A DNA stretch of 64,000 nucleotides. Origin: Geosiphon pyriformis uo1. Taxonomy: Eukaryota > Fungi > Glomeromycota. The DNA lies in NCBI GenBank assembly GCA_016748015.1, contig JAAOMT010000543.1, positions 248,001 through 312,000 of the forward strand, written 5' to 3'. Within the stretch, counting starts at the first letter, position 1, and every line of letters begins with the position of its first letter. The notes beneath the pieces are model-generated. The model saw nothing but the letters and a program-made list of their open reading frames with translations. It did not search any database and was not told the origin of the DNA. The position numbers and the translations under genes are program-made. Shown in pieces: positions 1 to 12,141 of this stretch.

Positions 1-940
1 TTGTTTATATTTATTTTTTTAGTTTTTAAAGTATTTATTTAAGAATTTAAAAAAGGTTTGGTTTTATTATCTGTCTTAAAACTATTATTAATTATCAAAA
101 ATTCTCTTATTTTTTTAAATTTAGTTTTTATATTTACAAACTGCCTAGAATTAATACTACTTAGAAGTATTTTCAAAATTAAATTTGTCTTGTTACTTTA
201 ATTTTTAATATTTTTAATTAAAATTTTTAGTTTTATATAAAAACATTCTTAACAAAATTATAAATAATCTTTTTTGCTTAGTTATATTATTGTTAATAAT
301 AGTTGTTAAATTTAAAATAAAGAAATTAGTATTTTATAAAATATTAAAAAAATATAACAAAAATAAAATATATTTTTTAAAAACTGTATTTTTAAAAAAA
401 TTTGGAATAAAAAAGAAAAAAAAGTTTTTTTAATTTGAGTTTTAAAATATTTTATAGTTATATTGTATTAAATAGAATTAAGTTACATATTAAAAAAATT
501 ATTATTAATATAAAAAATTGGTTATTATGCTAATAAATAAAATTAATATTTATTTTTACTTATTTAATTAAAAAATTAAAAAATTATATTTATTAAATCT
601 GTTAATAATATAATAATTAAAAGTTTAATTTTTATTAATTATTATATATATAACCGAATATATGTAATTGGTTATTTTATTTTAAATAATAAATATTATT
701 AATTTTTTTAATAACTATATAAATAATATCTTTTTTAGTTAGAAAAAACATTAAATAATTAAACAATTAAAATTTGAAATTTTTTTCTGTTTTTTTATTA
801 ATATATATATTTTTCTATTTAATATTAATGATAATATTAGAATTAACTTAAAAAATCATTTGTTTGCTTTCTTAATTTATTTAAATAAAAAATATAATAA
901 TAATTATTTTTAATTTTAAGAATCATTAAAGTAAGGCATA
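1..940. repeat. Hyper-AT block, probable mutationally eroded transposon/LTR relic
   Basis: Almost devoid of G/C and with essentially one CpG (ACCG at ~653); there is a sharp step to normal composition at ~950. It contains TATATATAACCG, also seen at ~35110. No recognisable ORF. Confidence 0.45.
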
Positions 941-959
941 AAATAATAACAGCAGTCTT

Positions 960-2920
960 ATCTTATTGGCAATTATGAACTATTCCTTTATTTTCGAAAA
1001 GATGGATATCTCGAAGTAATGCAACCTTACTTCAACAACAGCTCCAAGCCAGCATTACTGAAAGCGGTATGGAGAAGCGATTTAGGGAATATCTGAAACG
1101 TTTTGAAAAGGACAACGCGAATGAGGAGCGAAGCAGAGCTGCGGTGGCCCTTATAAACCAGGTTTGTATGCCTGTACAGTTGCATTATGCACTGTATAGC
1201 AAGCTCCGGATGGCCATTATTTCCTAGGAATTTGTATCAACCTTTTTTTTTCTATTTCTCAGAAGCACAAAACTGAGGACAAAAAGTTCTGGGAGTTCTT
1301 TGAGAAGAAAAGAACACTGAAAGAAGAGGAGATATGTAATATGTCTCGATCACGAATCTCATCATAAATTTGTATGGCCACAGTTTAATACGAAGCTTAA
1401 GATACTAACTAATATTTCAGAATAAAGAGGAAGAGAAAGAGAAACTTGGTGATGAGAGAAAGGATCCTGAGGATGGGAATGTTGGGAAGAATGTGAACGA
1501 GAGTGAGAAGAACAAGAGAAAGCATGAAGACAATGAGTTACATGTTGATCGAAAATTTCTTTTATTCCTCATCTAATTAATCTCCGCATTTTTATAGAAC
1601 GATAACGCCCAAATTATCATTAAAAACCTCCTGGATCAGTTGCAAGAATGCTCCGCGAATATGACTAATTTAATTTTGAGTTTCCAGATATATCGTCGCG
1701 GCACCGATAATGAGCTGACTCGGGAAGAAATCATGGATTTATTCCCATCATCAAAGTTTGTTCTAAAGCACGTAAAGAAAGATGATTACATGCAGGTTCT
1801 AAAGGAGATTTTTGAACCTATCGATAAGTTGTTTCCGGATGGCACGTTTGATTTCCTTTGTGAATTCTTCTCGGAGGTATTGTCCGCATTTTCATGGGAA
1901 GTTGGGCCTTTTTTTTGTTCATCTAAACATGCACCCTTCTTTATCTTTAGAAATGCAGCCATGAACAATGGGAGATCAAGCTGGAAGGTTTATTGGAGCC
2001 AGAGGAAGATGTATTTTTAAAAAAATTGAAGCGACTTTTGTTTGAGACATTACCAACCTTGTAAGTATCTTTCTTTGGGCTCTGTTTTGTTGGAGTACTT
2101 GAAGATAACTTTGTGTTTTCTTTTAGTTTTGATGCATATGCCTGGCCATACGATAATCCTCTCAAGAACCGCGATATGTTGGAGGAGAAATTTATGAATA
2201 CATACATTCATCCCGTGTTAAAGAAGGCGCTTCATCGATTTTCGAATATTCGCTATATACGTAAGGTTTTTTTTTTCAAGTGTTTAAAGTAAAGGCCACA
2301 TTTCTCATTTTTTTGTAGCGGCAATAAGCAATCGACGCCTCAACATATCGGAAGTCTATCTCCAATCAGAAAGGAAATGCTGATAGAGCATACGGCATTG
2401 CATACACGACGAACGAAAAACCATATGAGATCTCGGTCACGGAGGGATTCAAACCATATGAAGTTGAAAATTCCAAGGAGATATCAGATTAAGTTCAAAA
2501 TGCACGTGCGGCGAAGGATATGTTATACCATGTTGTTGTATCAGAGGTGAAGTTGAAGCGAGTACCACCAACCCAATTTCGGGTTTACATGGTACAAAGC
2601 ATTAGCCTCAATCTTCGGTTTTCTTTTATGGATTACTTAGGTATGATCACTGCAAGGGGAGGACATTCGCGAGTTATTATAATGAGACCTTTTTTTCTTT
2701 AGGTATCCATAAACTTTTTTGAAATTGACACGTGCGAAATTCCGACAGTTTCGAGGGAAATCGGTTTATTTCCGTTTTTCTTCCGAGCAGTTGTGACTTG
2801 AGCAGTAAGTAACATTACTATTCGATAATATTTTTGAGCTCGATATTTACTAATTTTCATCTATTGTATAGCTGATGGTTGGTGCCACTGATAGAGAATT
2901 CCAATTAGTGAGGACCAACA
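960..2920 (+). pseudogene. Multi-exon pseudogene with a C-terminal PD-(D/E)XK/restriction-endonuclease-like domain (Mucoromycota/Glomeromycotina expanded family)
   Basis: Spliced reading gives ...EKRFREYLKRFEKD..., ...MLEEKFMNTYIHPVLKKALHRF..., GNKAIDASTYRKSISNQKGNADRAYGIAYTTNEKPYEISVTEG...NARAAKDML...FRVYMVQS...FMDYLG. There are GT-AG introns, in-frame stops (TAA 2490-2492, TGA 2799-2801) and frameshifts. Confidence 0.6.
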
Positions 2921-3059
2921 TGATTATTTAGGTTTTTTCCCACATTTTTATTATGAAGCCTTCGCATGTAAAATCTATTTTATTCTTTCGCATTGAGACT
3001 TTTAAATAATTAAGAATAATTTGAATTTTCAATTTAGTTCAACATCGTTATTTTAATAT

Positions 3060-4302
3060 TGGTTGGGGTCCAGGGTGCTATGTCTTCAACTCTCGCTGAG
3101 CTCACCGCTATTGCGTTGGCCTTGAGTGTGTCCCTGATGGTAAAGAGTGTGTGATAAATACGGATAGTCAGGCGGTCATTCTGATGTGTAGATCTGAATT
3201 GCGGTCTCGCAAACCTGATTTTAGAGACAAGTGTTGGCTGGAGCGTCGTAGAATTGCCGAGATCATTCGAGACAAGAATTTGCGTGTGCATTTGATTAAG
3301 GTGAAGGATCATTCTGGCGTTTTCGGCAATGAAGTTGCGGATGGTTTGGCCGGCGTGGCTGCCTTTTCTGGTCGGTTTTTGCCGCTGAAAGTTTCGAAGG
3401 CCTTTTTACGAAGTCGCTTTGGTCCGGCGATCTCTGGGAATGCTCGTCGTCTATATGACTCTGCGAGCTGTGCTAGTTGGGAAGTGAAGTGGGCTGAGAA
3501 GTTTTTGGACTAGGATCTTCTTAATGATATTGATTGGGATCGCACGGTTGGTTTGGGATCCTGACCTTCATTTTGGGGCTGGTTTCACCAGTGCTAAGTC
3601 GGTCGGTTTGAGAACTTATATTATGAAGGCGTTACATGGCAGATTGCCGGTGGCGGTACGTAAAAAGAAATACGACGTCGCTTACCCAAGTGTTGATAGA
3701 ATACTCGAACCAAGTGTTTGTATGTGCTACCAATGTGGATGTCAGATCTAATATTGCTGTCGAATTAGGGTCGATCTGGTCGAAGTGGTCGGGCTTGCGT
3801 TTGTGTGAGTCCAGGATTCTGCAGGATCTTCATCCTTTGTCTTCCCGTGAATGTTTGGACAATGCGGCATCTGTTAGCCGGCTATATATGACTCTATCTA
3901 AGGGCTTTATTTTCCGGGAATGGTTTCTAGAGGCTCTTAGTGTTTATATGTCCCAAGGTTGCCGCCTCTAAGATTGTGGAGTTTGTGCGGTCCTTTGTGA
4001 TCGTACACAGAGAGAGGGTTTGGGTTTCAATGTCGAAGTTGAGGGTTGAGTCCGAGAGGTTGGGTTCGATTGGTGTTGTGGATGAGGAGGTTGTGGATTT
4101 TGGTACCGTTGAGGTTATTGCTTTGAATGGCTTGCCTGGTATTGGTTTGTTCGGTATTGAGCATTTGAGATACTTTAGTTTATTTTCTGTTTCAAAATTT
4201 TTTCTAATATTTCGGATGTGTGACGCGTGGTTTGTATGTGTCTGCTGGTTTGTTGTAGGTAGTGGAAGGACCTCACTTTGTTAAGGCATAATATTAAAAA
4301 AA
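3060..4302 (+). mobile_element. 5'-truncated, degenerate non-LTR retrotransposon (LINE) 3' end: RNase H plus C-terminal zf-RVT-like region and A-rich tail
   Basis: RNase H motifs SSTLAELTAIALAL...INTDSQAVI...LIKVKDHSGVFGNEVADGLA, then W(H/D)PD..GFTS...RTYIMKALHGRLPVAVRKKKYD. The region is split over four ORFs by frameshifts, has higher GC than its flanks, and ends in ATAATATTAAAAAAA at ~4290-4302. Confidence 0.85.
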
Positions 4303-4790
4303 TTGGCTTTTAGATTTTATATCTGAAACCACAATCAACAGGGATTTCAGTGAATGGTTTCGAAGAAATCGTATGCTAGCCTCAATTTTTATCTTGTTAG
4401 CCACGACGGATTTAACATTAAATCTTTATCTTTGGATCGAAACCTGTGGATTTTCTTTTTTCCATGTAAAATATTCCGTCAAAGCAAAGAAGTGGCACAA
4501 GCAAAAATTTTTTCGTAGAGGATATAGTCCAATTGATTAGCCAGGTAATTTCATTAAGAAAATTAAAATTAGGTTTTATACGGATTTATTAAAATTCAGA
4601 CTTTTTTTCATATGTACTATAACCTGTAACTATAATCAATGTATTGCCTGATACAGATTCTTTATCAATACGATACCATCTCTCAGAATATTATTCCTTT
4701 CCTTTGTTTTCTTTTCATTCATTGTTAGTTCTTTTATCCTAACTGCCGACATAATAGGATAAAACCGGCGCAGCAAATCGAAGAACAATT
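4303..4790 (+). pseudogene. Orphan 3' exons of a multi-TM membrane-protein gene, paralogous to the pseudogene at 19380-22830
   Basis: Translates as ETTINRDFSEWFRRNRMLASIFILLATTD...FFHVKYSVKAKK...FFVEDIVQLISQ|GT intron AG|ILYQYDTISQNIIPF. This matches SEWFQKHRKLASILTLIGTVD...FHAPFSSKAKH...LIEDIPQLVIQ|ILYQQHTLSYSTIPF at 22250-22580, with the same intron position. Frameshifted, and its 5' part is replaced by the LINE. Confidence 0.75.
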
Positions 4791-5427
4791 AGGCCGAAAT
4801 TAAAATATTGACTGACATAATCAACAATTTCAGAAAAAATAAACTATTTGAATTTCGGGTTTCATTGAAGACATATGATCTTTACAAAAACTTTTTAAGA
4901 AACTGAATTTCTTTTTCTATGATATGAATTCGGTCTGGGTGAGGAGGTTTCTTAATCTTAAAACTTGTAATCTAAATACCTAGCTTATATCTTTTATATT
5001 GTAAATTTTTGCAACATATTACTTTGTAATGCCAAGTTCTTTATATTTGACAATTCGTTATTAATTAGGAACAAGTATTGGGGATAAAAAACCTAAATTT
5101 TGAGCAAAAATATATGAGATCTTGAAGGGTAGATTGATGTAATATTTTCTTGGAATATTAATTCAGAATTGAAATTATCTCATATAATTTATTTTACTTA
5201 AATGACATTTAATCACTTTTGTATATATTTGAAATTAGAAAAAATATAAAGCCTCAATTTGCCAAATCTTTGAGTAAGTAATAAATATGGAGCAGAAAAA
5301 GTAAAAAAAAGGATTGTTTAAGAGGAATTTTCAAAATCTCTTGAATATCAGTGTTTTTTTTTAATGGATTAAAAAACAACAACAAAATAATTTATGTTTT
5401 TTTTTATAGATTTGATAATTATTTAAA
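4773..5427 (+). repeat. Copy A of a ~655-bp direct duplication
   Basis: Begins GCAAATCGAAGAACAATTAGGCCG and aligns to 5608-6262 with about 18 substitutions (manual count). Confidence 0.95.
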
Positions 5428-5587
5428 TAAAAAATTTTTAATAAAATAAATTTTTTTGATATAAAAGCTAATAATTAAAATCTTAAATCTAATAAAGAAG
5501 TTAAAAGTACTTATTTTTTGAATCTTTCTATTGTAATTCTATAAATTCAAGAATTGTATTACAAACTTGTTAAATTGTTAATTTATT

Positions 5588-5607
5588 NNNNNNNNNNNNN
5601 NNNNNNN
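5588..5607. other. Assembly gap (20 N)
   Basis: Run of N. Confidence 1.
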
Positions 5608-6262
5608 GCAAATCGAAGAACAATTAGGCCGAAATTAAAATATTGACTGACATAATCAACAATTTCAGAAAAAATAAACTATTTGAATTTCGGGTTTCAT
5701 TGAGGACATATGATCTTTACAAAAACTTTTTAAGAAACTGAATTTCTTTTTCTATGATATGAATTCGGTCTGGATGAGGAGGTTTCTTAATCTTAAAAAT
5801 TGTAATCTAAATACCTAGCTTATATCTTTTATATTGTAAATTTTTGCAACATAGTACTTTGTAATGCCAAGTTCTTTATATTGGACAATTCGTTATTAAT
5901 TAGGAACGAGTATTGGGGATAAAAAACCTAAATTTTGAGCAAAAATATATGAGATCTTGAAGAGTAGATTGATGCAATATTTTCTTGGAATATTAATTCA
6001 GAATTGAAATTATCTCGTATAATTTATTTTACTTAAATGACATTTAATCACTTTTGTATATATTTGAAATTAGAAAAAATATAAAGCCTCAATTTGCCAA
6101 ATCTTTGAGTAAGTAATAAATATAGAGCAGAAAAAGTAAAAAAAAGGATTGTTTAAGAGGAATTTCCAAAACTTCTCGAATATTAGTGTTTTTTTTAATG
6201 GATTAAAAAACGACAACAAAATAATTTCTGTTTTTTTTTTGTAGATTTGATAATTATTTAAA
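5608..6262 (+). repeat. Copy B of the ~655-bp direct duplication
   Basis: Starts immediately after the N gap with the same GCAAATCGAAGAACAATTAGG sequence; ~97% identical to 4773-5427. Confidence 0.95.
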
Positions 6263-6994
6263 CACTATTTTCCCAATAAAAATTTATATTTTTCAATTAA
6301 TTTTAAGATATTAACGAACCAGATTGTGGGTATTTTTTCAATGGTTATATTATTTAAAAGATATTGTTTTAAATTACAATTTTGATTTTGAACATTTTGA
6401 AAAAATTTAATTTACATGATATTTAGTCACATGAAATTTATTTCTCATTATCAATTATATGATAATTAAAAAGGCTTTTTCACGAAACCATCTCACCAAA
6501 ATTAAGGTGATGAGTCCATTTTGGGTTGTATTAAATTAATAGATACATCTACATGTTGCTGTAAACTTAAAAAGGAAAAATTAAAATGAATTAATGGATA
6601 CATATTAATTTTATTCTAAAAAAATTATTTTCTATTTATTCCTTGTATTCCTTGCTTTTATCAAAGCAAATGATCAAAAAAACCCATGTAACTCCTCCAG
6701 ATCAAAGCATTAATACTCATGATTTTATCGACGATAGTTTCCATAATGTAACAGAACTCATCAATTCTAGTTTAGGTGATTATTGGCTATTTAAACCCTC
6801 CAGAAAAAATGGTGCCCCCTTATTTAAATTGTTTCTAGAATCTTTTAAATGATCCACATTAAATTTTACTTATTGCCTAAGAGATTGTGCTTTGTGACTT
6901 GTAAACAAAGATAAGGCAAAGGATAACGATAACGATTACGATTTGACAAGATCATTTTGTAAAGTATACTTTGGATAGTTTTTTTTGTAATTCC

Positions 6995-7229
6995 TATAGT
7001 GAAACTCTATTTTAATATAGTGTACAACTCCAATGTATATATTATTTTAAAAGTTAATGTACAATTCACTAAATTGACTTATTGTAATGATATTATGAAT
7101 GTAAAAACTAGAATTTTCAGTTTTCAGACTTTATTTTAATATCAATTTTAATGATTATTTCACAGCTGAAAATTTTGTCTAAAGACTATATCTTTTATAG
7201 ACTATATTAAACCAGAGGATCCGACTCTT
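6995..7229. mobile_element. Degenerate Tc1/pogo-type MITE candidate
   Basis: Left end TATAGTGAAACTCTATTTTAATATAGT and the reverse complement of the right end AGAGTCGGATCCTCTGGTTTAATATAGT share CTCT..TTTAATATAGT. The left end resembles TA-CAGT(G/C)AAAC pogo-type termini. Confidence 0.35.
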
Positions 7230-7592
7230 TGATTTTACATAAATTTTACTTTTTTTTTTGGAAAAACTTTAGATTTTATTTATATCAGAATTTACTCGTT
7301 TCAAAGATTTACAAAGATTCAAAGTAATCCAGTGATGGCGTTTAATGGCGTATCCATTTAATGAGATTTAGAGTTTTGGTTGACGTATAGAACTTCAAAA
7401 ATTGATAACAGATAAATCTCATAAGAGAGAGAGAAAAGACAAATATTTCTCTAAACCCTTCAACAAAGAATGTAATTGGTGTTTTCACGATAAAATGTAA
7501 AACTAAATTCACGTTTTTTCCTGTTTTGATCAATGAAATTCAAGTCCAGATTAAGTGTCAGGGTACAATAGGGTGTGTGATAAAGTTAAAGG

Positions 7593-7676
7593 TTGAACAC
7601 CCACTCACGCAAATAGTGAATAATGTGGCATTAGTTTTGGATTGTCTTGGCTAACTTTTCCATATTTAACTTAGGT

Positions 7677-7748
<72 letters not shown>

Positions 7749-7932
7749 TGTGTGTGTAGGTTTGACCAATATCTCGGGACTAAAATTTCGCGTTCTCAGG
7801 TTTGCTAACAGGAGTCGGTTATTTTGTGATCGTCTTGTAATCAGTTATCATTGCATTCAATGCAGTTTTTTGCTACATAGTGGTGGGGGTATCATCATTT
7901 GATTAAACGGTAGATATTTAACATGTTCTTTA
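7593..7932 (+). mobile_element. Microsatellite-carrying non-autonomous element, HINE/DINE-1 (Helentron)-like layout
   Basis: 5' ACACCCAC followed by a CCACTCAC...GTGA...GTGG foldback, an internal (TG)n tract, a 3' complementary GTGGGGGTAT (7883-7892), a small TTAAA...TTTAA stem-loop and terminal T's. Confidence 0.35.
7679..7756. repeat. (TG)n microsatellite
   Basis: About 39 TG units with one TA interruption; it produces the spurious MCVCVCV ORF. Confidence 0.98.
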
Positions 7933-10413
7933 ATCGGCTAACTAAAAAGAAAGGAGAAGGTTCTCACGACGGTTTGACGACTTTTAATATCTCTCCTGAA
8001 ATATCTTGCACCGATTATGATCGTACAAAGATCAATATATCTCGTCATTCTTTGAATTTGAAAAATTTTCATTATTTAGAAAACTTCCAAATAACTTTTT
8101 TTTTAATTTAAGAATAATTGATTAAATGAGCTATCAGTTCAAATAAATTTGACACATAAATTGCATTTTATTAAAGGTCTTTAATTAAAACGTCTTTATA
8201 ATAAATTCTTATCTCACCTTTACTCAATTGGCTTGTTTAGGACCCTTATGATTAACCGAAAAATCAAGCAAGCAATAAACAAAAATAACTTTGTTAAATT
8301 TTTTAAACCTTTTTTTAAAAATCATTCAAGTTGAAATTTGAACAATTAAAATTTTTGATTGGCAAATAATTTTCTGAAAACAAATTAAATTAATTATATC
8401 CATTAAAAAAAGTTATCCTATATCTAATTATGCACAATAAATTAGTATTTTCATTATTGGAATTTGAAATATATTTTTTTTTGAAAAAGAAATCAAACTT
8501 ATATATATAATAAACTATTGACATTATGAACCTATTTTCTATGATAGCTAACTTGAATTGTTACCTGTTAACTTTTTTCTAATTATTTTTGCATAGCTGC
8601 ATTGGCTATCCAATCGAAGTATCGTTTCAGATCAAGGTATATATTGGACGATCAAATTTTCGGACTCTGTGTCTTCCGAAAAAAGCCAAAAATCTCGCCG
8701 AATTTAGAAATTGGTAATTAGTCGTGTTTGTGTACTATTTATATTTTGGTGTACAATATTTGCTTTGTTACACAAAATGATTATTTTACTTTTCGGTACT
8801 AGTATCTTCACTTTGTAGCAAGTTAAAATTGTCTGCACTTATCCTTATTAACTACTTGCATATTATTATTATAATCATTCTGTTACGATAAGAATCATCC
8901 CAGCATTCTTAGTTGTCTTGTTAATAATCCCACGCGGTTTTAATCTTTTCCAGTTTCTTCCCTCCCCCCAAACTATTTGAGTTGTACATTATATGCCACT
9001 TTTTTTTTCTATTACTTGATCCTTGAAAAGTATACTGCTATTTTACGGTTTTTTTTTCATTTCTTGCATCAAAATACTAACATTAAGCAGAATTAAAATA
9101 TAGATTCAACTTTTTTTTTGAGGGATTATTACATCAATAGAATTTTGAGATTTGATTTTAATTCAACTCCAAACAAAATTACCAAAAAAATTTATCCTCT
9201 TTCAAAATTTCATTGGCTAATTTCACTATTTATTTAAAAAAAAAATTTTTATTAGTCCCCTTTTATAATTTTCTTTCCTCTTTGTAATCTTTGTCGTTAA
9301 TTCGAGAACTAAATATTTTCTACGATCTTTGTGGCAGGACAGCAGCCAAGTAACGTGTAAGGTAGTTAGTCCTATGAATGCAAATTTCTAATATTGACTA
9401 TCAAGTTCAGAAATACTAGTGATTAGCATTTTTATTCGTTTCAAACCTTTTTACCCCTGCTGACGACTGGCGAATTGAAAAAAAAAAAATTGCCAAAAAA
9501 AAAACACATCAAATTATTGAAAGAACAAACCCTCTGCACTTTCCCGCAGATACAAATTACTTTAGAAGTTATTACTCTGCTACATTAACACTGACACAAA
9601 AACATCAATATCATCTACAGACGCACATTCCCTCTTCTACTCTTGGCTTTTATACTCATATTCCCATAATATTCTATTTACTCCCCCCTTTCTTGCTCTT
9701 TCCTCTCTCTCTATCTTCTTTTGACTCGTTTCCATCCAAAAAATTTTCAAATCTAAATGTCATGCCAAAAAAATTATCTTTTCAAATTTAAATTATCTTT
9801 TTGGGTATCATACCATTGATGAAAAAATTCCTCACAATACCTTAATTATTGGTTATCTGCATGAATTTTTTTCGTCTTTAATCCTTTTTCTTTTCGTTAT
9901 TTTCTTTCATTTTAATTGTTAAGAAACGCGAGACCATTGTTCTGTGGGTGTGGCTTAAAGCGTCAACTTTCAGGTAATATTTTGAAAAAATTAAAATTTT
10001 TTCGTTGTTTCTCAATCATGTTTTACTCAAAGACTCGTGTAGCAAACTGCTTACCACCATATTTATACAAAACTGTTTCATATCTTCCATCTGCTTTATT
10101 TTATTATTTTTCCGCCTATAGATATATTCAACTAAACCATACGCCTTTTCATGGTTTTTCTGTTTTTTTTTTTTGCCAAACTTCTTGAAAACAAACTCAA
10201 AACACATTCAAATTAAAACTATCGACTCCCTACTCCAACTTCCATATTGGTGCTTTTCTCTACGCCCTCGTAATTTCCATCTTCTATTCCATCCTCTATT
10301 GAGTTAGAGCAGCACACAACTATCATATAGTTAATATATATTTTTAATATTAATAGCCTCAACTTCAATATTCAACTTCAAAAGAAATTTTTTATATTAT
10401 TTTAATTTCCATT

Positions 10414-12141
10414 ATGTTGTGGATAACGAAATCAAAGGCAAACAAAAGTCAAGAAGAGCAAATATTTTTATCTTCAATACCGCAACCAAAAAACTCAACC
10501 CGAGGAGTAAACTGGAAAATTTTGCCTACAAAAAAAAGGATAAAAGGACCTTCCACTTTATTGTTCAATACGATCCCACTGTTGCTATTTTTGACCCTAT
10601 TTTCCCATTTCAATACTGTTTACGCGTTAGGCGGAAGGATTATTTTGAAACGGGAGTATGGCAAGTATTTTGTTCTTTGCGTTTCCAGTAAATTTAATCC
10701 TGTATTCATTAGAAAGTTCATTCTGCATTTGACAATTAGATTTTTACGCTTTATTTTAATCAATTTTATCATTTCAACAGTTGGTAGTAATGTAGAATGT
10801 GGAGACTTACCGCTTGGAAATGGGGATATTTATTGTAAACCCACTGCTCAAGATAAATTTCAACTGGGTCAGTTCGTAAAATTTGCCTGGAATACCCAAG
10901 CGAATCCTTACTCAGTTCAAGAGAAGCTAGATATTTATTTGTATCGTGATGAAGGACAGAAGCTAATTCAGGAGTGGAAAAAATATGACAATAAAAATGG
11001 ATTTGTGTCTACTCAGGTCGACGAGACTTGGTTTCCCCAGTATGATTCTTCGCTGAATAATACCTATCATTTTTTTTATATTGTTGAACCAGTGGATCAG
11101 CCTGTTAACTTTAATAATGCTGGCCCAAAATTTCAGATCGCTAGTAAGTTTATTAGTAATTTTAACCAAAACCCAGTTCACATATAGATTTCAATTTTCA
11201 ATAGTCAAACTTCATTAAAATCTAATGATGCTCGCCTGTTTATTTTTTATAAAGACCTTCCACCCGTAATCACATCATCAAAGACCACAATATCAACTAC
11301 CACTCAAAGTTCGACTGCTTCGATTTTAAATGCACAAACCCAATCTCTAGCTCTTCCTTTGGCGAAAAGTTCAAATAATCACTTATCACCAGCTATGATA
11401 GCGATAATAACAACAGTCGGAATTTTACTACTGATTATTATCGCAGGAATCGCTTTTATCATTGTTTCACGATCAAGAAGAATAAACAAGCGACATCAAA
11501 GCTTATCAAATATATCCACCTCATCAAATACTCCAATGGTTTCAACAATACCTTTTCTCCTGGGTAAAGATCGTCGCAAAAATCGTAAACGTGATCCAGA
11601 ATCACCAATAGAAGGATCTTCTATTCATTCTACCACGCCATTAGCCAATAAAAATAGTATGTCCAGTCTAAGTCAAAAACTTGGAACAGTAGCTGGAGGA
11701 ATAGGTGTAACGACTACGATATCTACAATAAACACACCTCTTGGAACAACACCACAACCTGGGCAAACACCACCACATACTATTCCATTCTCATCAGATG
11801 GTCATCAACAGCTACCTGCATTCGATGCTGCCATGATCTCTGATGCATATCGTCAAGGATTACGTAAGCCAGATTGGAAAGCTAATGACGAAGATGAGGA
11901 ATTTGATGCCGATATTGATCAATTGTCAGAGAAAGAACGACAGAGACGACGAGAAGCCAAAGAATTAATGAAAAAAGAATTGGCAGAAGAAGGTCGAGGA
12001 TTGCATAGTGTGCAACGACGACACACTAAACTTCAAGTTCACAAGGTGGAAGAAGAAGATACATCAGAAATTGGATCGTCGATAGCATCAACAGCAATGG
12101 GTGGTGGTGGTGGCAGTGGTACAAGTTTTAATGGACCATAA
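10414..12141 (+). CDS. Type I single-pass membrane protein: hydrophobic leader, beta-rich lumenal domain (Psg1/Kre9-KNH1-like), Ser/Thr stalk, TM, cytoplasmic tail. Exons 10414-10660, 10781-11143, 11255-12141
   Basis: Hydrophobic segment LLFNTIPLLLFLTLFSHFNTVYA; IYCKP...GQFVKFAWN...LDIYLY; TM AMIAIITTVGILLLIIIAGIAFIIV followed by SRSRR. Phase-1 introns GCAAGT..CAG and GTAAGT..AAG restore one frame. Confidence 0.8.

Noticed and set aside
7678-7902. ORF MCVCVCV...
   Set aside because: It is a translation of the (TG)n microsatellite.
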